Source: Camelus dromedarius (taxonomy: Eukaryota). From it: a stretch of 64,000 bases of DNA. The position numbers were made by a program, and so were the translations under genes. The stretch covers positions 3,534,001-3,598,000 of the forward strand of contig NC_087436.1 of the NCBI RefSeq assembly GCF_036321535.1, in the 5' to 3' direction. Below, one piece after another: positions 23,850-35,855 of this stretch. Within the stretch, counting starts at the first letter, position 1. Each line of letters opens with the position of its first letter. The notes beneath the pieces were generated by a model. It had not been told where the DNA came from and made no database searches. It saw nothing but the letters and a program-made list of their open reading frames with translations.

Positions 23850-26800
23850 TGAGCATGAGCAGAGACGTTCGTACATCTAGCAGAAATGGAACGGTTTGCA
23901 GGAGAAACTTTTACTTTGTTTTCTCAGTCTGATTCCTAGTGCCGGTTTGATGTTCCTGCAGTTTTCACTGTAAAACCGTGTTGGAGCTAGTACCTCCCCA
24001 TATATTTGTATGGATTGGAGTTTGCAACTGAAAAGATACTTTGTGTTCCCAGCAAGCTAGGTGAAGGATGGCTTTCACACACACTTATCTCTCAGAACTG
24101 AGCATGTGGAGAGACGTTCGTTCATCTAGCACAAAGGGAACGGGTTGCAGGAGAAAGTTTTACTCTGGTTTCTCAGTCTGTTTCCTAGTGCCGGTTTAAA
24201 GTTCCTGCAGTTTTCACTGTAAAACCGAGTTGGAACTAGTACCTCCACATATATATGTATGGAGTGGAGTTTGCAACTGAAAAGAAACTTTGTGTTCCCA
24301 ACAATCTAGGTGAAGGACGGCTTTCACTCCCACTTATCTCTCAGAACTGAGCATGTGGAGAGGCGTTCGTTCATCTAGCAAAAATGGAACGGGTTGCAGG
24401 AGAAACTTTTTCTCTGGTTTCTCAGTCTGTTTCCTAGTGCCGTTTTCAAGTTCCTGCAGTTTTCACTGTAAAACCGAGTTGGAGCTTGTACCTCCCCATA
24501 TATATGTAAGGAGTGGAGTTTGCAACTGAAAAGAAACTTTGTGTTCCCAACAAGCTAGGTGAAGGACGGCTTTCACACACACTTATCTCTCAGAACTGAG
24601 CATGTGCAGAGACTTTCGTACATCTAGCAGAAAGGGAACGGTTTGCAGGAGAAACTTATACTTTGGTTTCTCAGTCTGTTTCCTAGTGCCGGTTTGATGT
24701 TCCTGCAGTTTTCACTGTAAAACCGAGTTGGAGCAAGTACCTCCCCATATATATGTATGGATTGGGGTTTGCAAATGAAAAGAAACTTTGTGTTCCCAAC
24801 AAGCTAGGTGAAGGACGGCTTTCACACACACTTATCTCTCAGAACTTAGCATGTGGTGAGACGTTCGTTCATTTAGCACAAAGGGAACGGGTTGCAGGAG
24901 AAACTTTTACTCTGGATTCTCAGTCTGTTTCCTAGTGCCGGGTTTAAGTTCCTGCAGTTTTCGCTGTAAAACAGAGTTGGAGCTAGTAACTCCCCATATA
25001 TATGTATGGATTTGACTTTGCAACTGAAAAGAAACTTTGTGTTCCCAGCAAGATAGTTGAAGGACGGCTTTCACACACACTTATTTCTCAGAACTGAGCA
25101 TGTGGAGAGACGTTCGTTCATCTAGCAAAAATGGAACGGGTTGCAGGAGAAACTTTTACTCTGGTTTCTCAGTCTGTTTCCTAGGGCCAGTTTGAAGTTC
25201 CTGCAGTTTTCACTGTAAAAACGATTTGGAGCTAGTACCTCCCCATATATATTTATGGAGTGGAGTTTGCAACTGAAAAGAAACTTTGTGTTCAAACAAG
25301 CTAGGTGAAGTACGGCTTTCACACACATTTATCTCTCAGAAAATAGCATGTGGAGAGACGTTCATTCATGTAGCACAAACGGAACGGGTTGCAGGAGAAA
25401 CTTTTACTCTGGTTTCTCAGTCTGTTTCCTAGTGACGATTTGAAGTTCCTGCACTTTTCACTGTAAAACCGATTTGGAGCTTGTACCTCCCGTATATATG
25501 TATGGAGTGGGGTTTGCAACTGAAAAGAATCTTTCTGTTAACAACAAGCCAGGGGAAAGACGGCTTTCACACACACTTATCTTTCAGAAATGAGCATGTG
25601 GAGATACGTTCGTTCACCTAGCACAATCGGAACGGGTTGCAGGAGAAACTTTTACTCTAGTTTCTCAGTCTGTTTCCTAGGGCCGGTTTGATGTTCCTGC
25701 AGTTTTCACTGTAAAATCGAGTTGGAGCTAGTACCTCCCCATATATATGTATGGATTGGTGTTTGCAACTGAAAAGAAACATTCTGTTCCCAACAAGCTA
25801 TGTGATGTACGGCTTTCACACAATTATGTCTCAGAACTGAGCATGTGGAGAGACGTTCGTTCATCTAGCAAAATGGGAACGGGTTGCAGTGGAAACTTTT
25901 ACTGTTGTTTCTCAGTCTGTTTCCTAGTGCCGGTTTGAAGTTCCTGCATTTTTCACTGTAAAATCGAGTTGGAGCTTGTACCTCCCCATATAAATTTATG
26001 GAGTGGTGTTTGCAAATGAAAAGAAACTTTGTGTTCCCAACAAGCTAGATGAATGACGGCTTTCACACATACTTATCTCTCAGAACTGAGCATGAGCAGA
26101 GACGTTCGTACATCTAGCAGAAATGGAACGGTTTGCAGGAGAAACTTTTACTTTGTTTTCTCAGTCTGATTCCTAGTGCCGGTTTGATGTTCCTGCAGTT
26201 TTCACTGTAAAACCGTGTTGGAGCTAGTACCTCCCCATATATTTGTATGGATTGGAGTTTGCAACTGAAAAGATACTTTGTGTTCCCAGCAAGGTAGGTG
26301 AAGGATGGCTTTCACACACACTTATCTCTCAGAACTGAGCATGTGGAGAGATGTTCGTTCATCTAGCACAAAGGGAACGGGTTGCAGGAGAAAGTTTTAC
26401 TCTGGTTTCTCAGTCTGTTTCCTAGTGCCGGTTTAAAGTTCCTGCAGTTTTCACTGTAAAACCGAGTTGGAACTAGTACCTCCACATATATATGTATGGA
26501 GTGGAGTTTGCAACTGAAAAGAAACTTTGTGTTCCCAACAATCTAGGTGAAGGACGGCTTTCACTCCCACTTATCTCTCAGAACTGAGCATGTGGAGAGG
26601 CGTTCGTTCATCTAGCAAAAATGGAACGGGTTGCAGGAGAAACTTTTTCTCTGGTTTCTCAGTCTGTTTCCTAGTGCCGTTTCCAAGTTCCTGCAGTTTT
26701 CACTGTAAAACCGAGTTGGAGCTTGTACCTCCCCATATATATGTAAGGAGTGGAGTTTGCAACTGAAAAGAAACTTTGTGTTCCCAACAAGCTAGGTGAA

Positions 26801-27580
26801 GGACGGCTTTCACACACACTTATCTCTCAGAACTGAGCATGTGCAGAGACTTTCGTACATCTAGCAGAAAGGGAACGGTTTGCAGGAGAAACTTATACTT
26901 TGGTTTCTCAGTCTGTTTCCTAGTGCCGGTTTGATGTTCCTGCAGTTTTCACTGTAAAACCGAGTTGGAGCAAGTACCTCCCCATATATATGTATGGATT
27001 GGGGTTTGCAAATGAAAAGAAACTGTGTGTTCCCAACAAGCTAGGTGAAGGACGGCTTTCACACACACTTATCTCTCAGAACTGAGCATGTGGTGAGACG
27101 TTCGTTCATTTAGCACAAAGGGAACGGGTTGCAGGAGAAACTTTTACTCTGGATTCTCAGTCTGTTTCCTAGTGCCGGTTTGATGTTCCTGCAGTTTTCA
27201 CTGTAAAATCGAGTTGGAGCTAGTACCTCCCCATATATATGTATGGATTGGTGTTTGCAACTGAAAAGAAACATTCTGTTCCCAACAAGCTATGTGATGT
27301 ACGGCTTTCACACAATTATGTCTCAGAACTGAGCATGTGGAGAGACGTTCGTTCATCTAGCAAAATGGGAACGGGTTGCAGTGGAAACTTTTACTCTTGT
27401 TTCTCAGTCTGTTTCCTAGTGCCGGTTTGAAGTTCCTGCAGTTTTCACTGTAAAATCGAGTTGGAGCTTGTACCTCCCCATATAAATTTATGGAGTGGTG
27501 TTTGCAAATGAAAAGAAACTTTGTGTTCCCAACAAGCTAGATGAATGACGGCTTTCACACATACTTATCTCTCAGAACTG
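23850..27580. repeat. Block duplication with offsets ~2237 bp (9 monomers) then 1492 bp (6 monomers)
   Basis: gagcatgagcagagacg at 23851 and 26088 (+2237); ORF pair 25747/27239 (+1492); the second copy lacks three monomers. Confidence 0.85.
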
Positions 27581-29885
27581 AGCATGTGGAGAAACGTTCG
27601 TTCATCTAGCAAATTGGAACGGGTTGCAGGAGAAACTTTTACTCTGGATTCTCAGTCTGTTTCCTAGGGCCGGTTTGAAGTTCCTGCAGTTTTCACTGTA
27701 AAATCGAGTTGGAGCTAGTAACTCCCCATATATATGTATGGAGTGGAGTTTGAAACTGAAAACAAACTTTGTGTTCCCAACAAGCTAGGTGAAGGACGGC
27801 TTACACAAACATTTATCTCTCAGAACTGAGCATGTGGAGAGACGTTCGTTCATCTAGCAAAAAGGGAACGGGTTGCAGGAGAAACTTTTACTCTGGTTTC
27901 TCTGTCTGTTTACTAGTGCCGTTTTGAATTTCCTGCAGTGTTCACTGTGAAACCGAGTTGGAGTTAGTACCTCCCCATATATATGTATGGAGTGGAGTTT
28001 GCAACTGAAAAGAAACTATGTGTTCCCAACAATCTAGGTGAAGGTCGGCTTTCACACACACTTATCTCTCAGAAAAGAGCATGTGGAGAGACGTTCATTC
28101 ATCTAGCACAAACGGAACGGGTTGCAGGAGAAACTTTTACTCTGGTTTCTCAGTCTGTTTCCTAGTGCCGATTTGAAGTTCCTGCACTTTTCACTGTAAA
28201 ACCGATTTGGAGCTTGTACCTCCCGTATATATGTATGGAGTGGGGTTTGCAACTGAAAAGAATCTTTCTGTTAACAACAAGCCAGGGGAAAGACGGCTTT
28301 CACACACACTTATCTTTCAGAAATGAGCATGTGGAGATACGTTCGTTCACCTAGCACAATCGGAACGGGTTGAAGGAGAAACATTTACTCTAGTATCTCA
28401 GTCTGTTTCCTAGGGCCGGTTTGAAGTTCCTGCAGTTTTCACTGTAATACCGAGTTGGAGCTAGTACCTCCCCATATATATTTATGGCGTGGAGTTTGCA
28501 ACTGAAAAGAAAGTTTGTGTTCCCAACAAGCTAGGTGAAGGACGGCTTTCACACAATTATGTCTCAGAACTGAGCATGTGGAGAGACGTTCGTTCATCTA
28601 GCAAAATGGGAACGGGTTGCAGGGGAAACTTTTACTCTGGTTTCTCAGTCTGTTTCCTAGTGCCGGTTTGAAGTTCCTGCAGTTTTCACTGTAAAATCGA
28701 GTTGGAGCTTGTACCTCCCCATATAAATGTATGGAGTGGTGTTTGCAAATGAAAAGAAACTTTGTGTTACCAACAAGCTAGATGAAGGACAGCTTTCACA
28801 CACACTTATGTCTCCGAACTGAGCATGTGGAGAGACGTTCGTTCATCTAGCAAAAAGGGAACGGTTTGCAGGAGAAACTTTTACTCTGGTTTCTCAGTCT
28901 GTTTCCTAGTGCCGGTTTGAAGTTCCTGCAGTTTTCACTGTAAAACCGAGTTGGAGCTAGTACCTACCCATATATATGTAAGGAGTGGAGTTTGCAAGTG
29001 AAAAGAAACTTTGTGTTCCCAACAATCTAGGTGAAGGACGGCTTTCACTCCCACATATCTCTCAGGACTGAGCATGTGAAGAGACGTTCGTTCATCTAGC
29101 AAAAATGGAACGGGTTGCAGGAGAAACTTTTACTCTGGTTTCTCAGTCTGTTTCCTAGGGCCAGTTTGAAGTTCCTGCAGTTTTCACTGTAAAACCGAGT
29201 TGGAGCTAGTACCTCCCCATATATATGTATGGAGTGGAGTTTGCAACTGGAAAGAAACTTTGTGTTCCCAACAAGCTAGATGAATGACGGCTTTCACACA
29301 TACTTATCTCTCAGAACTGAGCATGTGGAGAAACGTTCGTTCATCTAGCAAAAATGGAACGGGTTGCAGGAGAAACTTTTACTCTGTTTTCTCAGTCTGA
29401 TTCCTAGTTCCGGTTTGAAGTTCCTGCAATTTTCACTGTAACACCGAGTTGGAGCTAGTACTTCCCCATATATAATTATGGAGTGAATTTTGCAACTGAA
29501 AAGAATGTTTGTGTTCCCAACAAGCTAGATGAAGGACGGCTTTCACACACACTTATCCCTCAGAAATGAGCATGTGTAGAGACGTTCATTCATCTAGCAC
29601 AAACGGAACGGGTTGCAGGAGAATCTTTTACTCTGGATTGTCAGTCTGTTTCCTAGGGCCGGTTTGAAGTTCCTGCAGTTTTCACTGTAAAATCGAGTTG
29701 GAGCTAGTAACTCCCCATATATATGTATGGAGTGGAGTTTGAAACTGAAAACAAACTTTGTGTTCCCAACAAGCTAGTTGAAGGACGGCTTTCACACACA
29801 TTTATCTCTCAGAACTGAGCATGTGGAGAGACGTTCGTTCATCTAGCAAAAAGGGAACGGGTTGCAGGAGAAACTTTTACTCTGG

Positions 29886-32800
29886 TTTCTCTGTCTGTTT
29901 ACTAGTGCCGTTTTGAATTTCCTGCAGTGTTCACTGTGAAACCGAGTTGGAGTTAGTACCTCCCCATATATATGTATGGAGTGGAGTTTGCTACTGAAAA
30001 GAAACTATGTGTTCCCAAAAATCTAGGTGAAGGTCGGCTTTCACACACATATATCTCTCAGAAAAGAGCATGTGGAGAGACGTTCATTCATCTAGCACAA
30101 ACGGAACGAGTTGCAGGAGAAACATTTACTCTGGTTTCTCAGTCTGTTTCCTAGTGCCGATTTGAAGTTCCTGCACTTTTCACTGTAAAACCGATTTGGA
30201 GCTTGTACCTCCCGTATATATGTATGGAGTGGGGTTTGCAACTGAAAAGAATCTTTCTGTTAACAACAAGTCAGGGGAAAGACGGCTTTCACACACACTT
30301 ATCTTTCAGAAATGAGCATGTGGAGATACGTTCTTTCACCTAGCACAATCGGAACGGGTTGCAGGAGAAACATTTACTCTAGTATCTCAGTCTGTTTCCT
30401 AGGGCCGGTTTGAAGTTCCTGCATTTTTCACTGTAATACCGAGTTGGAGCTAGTACCTCCCCATATATATTTATGGCGTGGAGTTTGCAACTGAAAAGAA
30501 AGTTTGTGTTCCCAACAAGCTAGGTGAAGGACGGCTTTCACACACACTTATCTCTCAGAACTGAGCATGTGGAGAGACGTTCGTTCATCCAGCACAATGG
30601 GAACGGTTTGCAGGAAAAACTATTAATCTGGTTTCTCAGTCTGTTTCCTAGTGCCGGTTTAAAGTTCCTGCAGTTTTCACTGTAAAACCGAGTTGGAGCT
30701 AGTACCTCCCCATATATATGTATGGAGTGGAGTTTGCAACTGAAAAGAAACTTTGTGTTCCCAACAATCTAGGTGAAGGACGGCTTTCAATCCCACTTAT
30801 CTCTCAGGACTGAGCATGTGGTGAGACGTTCGTTCATCTAGCAAAAATGGAACGGGTTGCAGGAGAAACTTTTACTCTGGTTTCTCAGTATGTTTCCTAG
30901 GGCCAGTTTGAAGTTCCTGCAGTTTTCACTGTAAAACAGTGTTGGAGCTAGTACCTCCCCATATATATGTATGGAGTGGAGTTTGCAACTGGAAAGAAAC
31001 TTTGTGTTCCCAACAAGCTAGATGAATGACGGCTTTCACACACACTTATCTCTCAGAACTGAGCATGTGGAGAAACGTTCGTTCATCTAGCAAAAATGGA
31101 ACGGGTTGCAGGGAAAACTTTTACTCTGGTTTCTCAGTCTGATTCCTAGTGCCGGTTTGAAGTTCCTGCAATTTTCACTGTAACACCGAGTTGGAGCTAG
31201 TACTTCCCCATATATAATTATGGAGTGGAGTTTGCAACTGAAAAGAAAGTTTGTGTTCCCAACAAGCTAGATGAAGGACGGCTTTCACACACACTTATCC
31301 CTCAGAAATGAGCATGTGTAGAGACGTTCATTCATCTAGCACAAACGGAACGGGTTGCAGGAGAAACTTTTTCTCTGGATTCTCAGTCTGTTTCCTAGTG
31401 CCGTTTTGAATTTCCTGCATTGTTCACTGTGAAACCGAGTTGGAGTTAGTACCTCCCCATGTATATGTATGGAGTGGAGTTTGCAACTGAAAAGAAACTA
31501 TGTGTTCCCAACAATCTAGGTGAAGGTCGGCTTTCACACACACGTATCTCTCAGAACTGAGCATGTGGAGAGACGTTCGTTCATCTAGCAAAAATGGAAC
31601 GGGTTGCAGGAGAAACTTTTACTCTGGTTTCTCAGTCTGTTTCCTAGGGCCAGTTTGAAGTTCCTGCAGTTTTCACTGTAAAAACGAGTTGGAGCTAGTA
31701 CCTCCCCATATATATGTATGGAGTGGAGTTTGCAACTGAAAAGAAACTTTGTGTTCAAACAAGCTAGGTGAAGTACGGCTTTCACACACATTTATCTCTC
31801 AGAAAAGAGCATGTGGAGAGACGTTCATTCATGTAGCACAAACGGAACGGGTTGCAGGAGAAACTTTTACTCTGGTTTCTCAGTCTGTTTCCTAGTGCCG
31901 ATTTAAAGTTCCTGCACTTTTCACTGTAAAACCGATTTGGAGCTTGTACCTCCCGTATATATGTATGGAGTGGGGTTTGCAACTGAAAAGAATCTTTCTG
32001 TTAACAACAAGCCAGGGGAAAGACGGCTTTCACACACACTTATCTTTCAGAAATGAGCATGTGGAGATACGTTCGTTCACCTAGCACAATCGGAACGGGT
32101 TGCAGAAGAAACTTTTACTCTAGTTTCTCAGTCTGTTTCCTAGGGCCGGTTTGATGTTCCTGCAGTTTTCACTGTAAAATCGAGTTGGAGCTAGTACCTC
32201 CCCATATATATGTATGGATTGGTGTTTGCATCTGAAAAGAAAATTCTGTTCCCAACAAGCTAGGTGATGTACGGCTTTCACACAATTATGTCTCAGAACT
32301 GAGCATGTGGAGAGACGTTCGTTCATCTAGCAAAATGGGAACGGGTTGCAGGGGAAACTTTTACTCTGGTTTCTCAGTCTGTTTCCTAGTGCCGGTTTGA
32401 AATTCCTGCAGTTTTCACTGTAAAATCGAGTTGGAGCTTGTACCTCCACATATAAATGTATGGAGTGGTGTTTGCAAATGAAAAGAAACTTTGTGTTCCC
32501 AACAAGCTAGATGAAGGACAGCTTTCACACACACTTATGTCTCCGAACTGAGCATGTGGAGAGACGTTCGTTCACCTAGCAAAAAGGGAACGGTTTGCAG
32601 GAGAAACTTTTACTCTGGTTTCTCAGTCTGTTTCCTAGTGCCGGTTTGAAGTTCCTGCAGTTTTCACTGTAAAACAGTGTTGGAGCTTGTACCTCCCCAT
32701 ATATATGTTTGTAGTGGAGTTTGCAACTGAAAAGAAACTTTGTGTTCCCAACAAGCTAGGTGAAGGACGGCTTTCACACACACTTATCTCTCAGAACTGA

Positions 32801-35800
32801 GCATGTGGAGGGACGTTCGTTCACCTAGCACAAAGGGAACGGGTTGCAGGAGAAACTTTTTCTATGTTTTCTCTGTCTGTTTACTAGTGCCGTTTTGAAT
32901 TTCCTGCAGTGTTCACTGTGAAACCGAGTTGGAGTTAGTACCTCCCCATATATATGTATGGAGTGGAGTTTGCTACTGAAAAGAAACTATGTGTTCCCAA
33001 AAATCTAGGTGAAGGTCGGCTTTCACACACATATATCTCTCAGAAAAGAGCATGTGGAGAGACGTTCATTCATCTAGCACAAACGGAACGAGTTGCAGGA
33101 GAAACATTTACTCTGGTTTCTCAGTCTGTTTCCTAGTGCCGATTTGAAGTTCCTGCACTTTTCACTGTAAAACCGATTTGGAGCTTGTACCTCCCGTATA
33201 TATGTATGGAGTGGGGTTTGCAACTGAAAAGAATCTTTCTCTTAACAACAAGTCAGGGGAAAGACGGCTTTCACACACACTTATCTTTCAGAAATGAGCA
33301 TGTGGAGATACGTTCTTTCACCTAGCACAATCGGAACGGGTTGCAGGAGAAACATTTACTCTAGTATCTCAGTCTGTTTCCTAGGGCCGGTTTGAAGTTC
33401 CTGCATTTTTCACTGTAATACCGAGTTGGAGCTAGTACCTCCCCATATATATTTATGGCGTGGAGTTTGCAACTGAAAAGAAAGTTTGTGTTCCCAACAA
33501 GCTAGGTGAAGGACGGCTTTCACACACACTTATCTCTCAGAACTGAGCATGTGGAGAGACGTTCGTTCATCCAGCACAATGGGAACGGTTTGCAGGAAAA
33601 ACTATTAATCTGGTTTCTCAGTCTGTTTCCTAGTGCCGGTTTAAAGTTCCTGCAGTTTTCACTGTAAAACCGAGTTGGAGCTAGTACCTCCCCATATATA
33701 TGTATGGAGTGGAGTTTGCAACTGAAAAGAAACTTTGTGTTCCCAACAATCTAGGTGAAGGACGGCTTTCAATCCCACTTATCTCTCAGGACTGAGCATG
33801 TGGTGAGACGTTCGTTCATCTAGCAAAAATGGAACGGGTTGCAGGAGAAACTTTTACTCTGGTTTCTCAGTATGTTTCCTAGGGCCAGTTTGAAGTTCCT
33901 GCAGTTTTCACTGTAAAACAGTGTTGGAGCTAGTACCTCCCCATATATATGTATGGAGTGGAGTTTGCAACTGGAAAGAAACTTTGTGTTCCCAACAAGC
34001 TAGATGAATGACGGCTTTCACACACACTTATCTCTCAGAACTGAGCATGTGGAGAAACGTTCGTTCATCTAGCAAAAATGGAACGGGTTGCAGGGAAAAC
34101 TTTTACTCTGGTTTCTCAGTCTGATTCCTAGTGCCGGTTTGAAGTTCCTGCAATTTTCACTGTAACACCGAGTTGGAGCTAGTACTTCCCCATATATAAT
34201 TATGGAGTGGAGTTTGCAACTGAAAAGAAAGTTTGTGTTCCCAACAAGCTAGATGAAGGACGGCTTTCACACACACTTATCCCTCAGAAATGAGCATGTG
34301 TAGAGACGTTCATTCATCTAGCACAAACGGAACGGGTTGCAGGAGAAACTTTTTCTCTGGATTCTCAGTCTGTTTCCTAGTGCCGTTTTGAATTTCCTGC
34401 ATTGTTCACTGTGAAACCGAGTTGGAGTTAGTACCTCCCCATGTATATGTATGGAGTGGAGTTTGCAACTGAAAAGAAACTATGTGTTCCCAACAATCTA
34501 GGTGAAGGTCGGCTTTCACACACACGTATCTCTCAGAACTGAGCATGTGGAGAGACGTTCGTTCATCTAGCAAAAATGGAACGGGTTGCAGGAGAAACTT
34601 TTACTCTGGTTTCTCAGTCTGTTTCCTAGGGCCAGTTTGAAGTTCCTGCAGTTTTCACTGTAAAAACGAGTTGGAGCTAGTACCTCCCCATATATATGTA
34701 TGGAGTGGAGTTTGCAACTGAAAAGAAACTTTGTGTTCAAACAAGCTAGGTGAAGTACGGCTTTGACACACATTTATCTCTCAGAAAAGAGCATGTGGAG
34801 AGACGTTCATTCATGTAGCACAAACGGAACGGGTTGCAGGAGAAACTTTTACTCTGGTTTCTCAGTCTGTTTCCTAGTGCCGATTTAAAGTTCCTGCACT
34901 TTTCACTGTAAAACCGATTTGGAGCTTGTACCTCCCGTATATATGTATGGAGTGGGGTTTGCAACTGAAAAGAATCTTTCTGTTAACAACAAGCCAGGGG
35001 AAAGACGGCTTTCACACACACTTATCTTTCAGAAATGAGCATGTGGAGATACGTTCGTTCACCTAGCACAATCGGAACGGGTTGCAGAAGAAACTTTTAC
35101 TCTAGTTTCTCAGTCTGTTTCCTAGGGCCGGTTTGATGTTCCTGCAGTTTTCACTGTAAAATCGAGTTGGAGCTAGTACCTCCCCATATATATGTATGGA
35201 TTGGTGTTTGCATCTGAAAAGAAAATTCTGTTCCCAACAAGCTAGGTGATGTACGGCTTTCACACAATTATGTCTCAGAACTGAGCATGTGGAGAGACGT
35301 TCGTTCATCTAGCAAAATGGGAACGGGTTGCAGGGGAAACTTTTACTCTGGTTTCTCAGTCTGTTTCCTAGTGCCGGTTTGAAATTCCTGCAGTTTTCAC
35401 TGTAAAATCGAGTTGGAGCTTGTACCTCCACATATAAATGTATGGAGTGGTGTTTGCAAATGAAAAGAAACTTTGTGTTCCCAACAAGCTAGATGAAGGA
35501 CAGCTTTCACACACACTTATGTCTCCGAACTGAGCATGTGGAGAGACGTTCGTTCACCTAGCAAAAAGGGAACGGTTTGCAGGAGAAACTTTTACTCTGG
35601 TTTCTCAGTCTGTTTCCTAGTGCCGGTTTGAAGTTCCTGCAGTTTTCACTGTAAAACAGTGTTGGAGCTTGTACCTCCCCATATATATGTTTGGAGTGGA
35701 GTTTGCAACTGAAAAGAAACTTTGTGTTCCCAACAAGCTAGGTGAAGGACGGCTTTCACACACACTTATCTCTCAGAACTGAGCATGTGGAGGGACGTTC

Positions 35801-35855
35801 GTTCACCTAGCACAAAGGGAACGGGTTGCAGGAGAAACTTTTTCTATGTTTTCTC
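29886..35855. repeat. Near-perfect tandem duplication of a 2982-bp unit (12 monomers x 2)
   Basis: ORF pairs 29972/32954, 31585/34567 and 32120/35102 (all +2982); ctctgtctgtttactag at 29889 and 32871; tctatgtttt at 32861 and 35843. Confidence 0.95.

Larger units (their letters stand above)
8851..35855. repeat. Satellite subfamily B domain
   Basis: Diagnostic variants ctagatgaatgacgg, gttcactgtgaaac, gttcaaacaagc, cacaatcggaacggg, caggggaaagacgg, gctttagaaacatttac and aacttaaagaaac were seen only in this interval. Confidence 0.8.
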
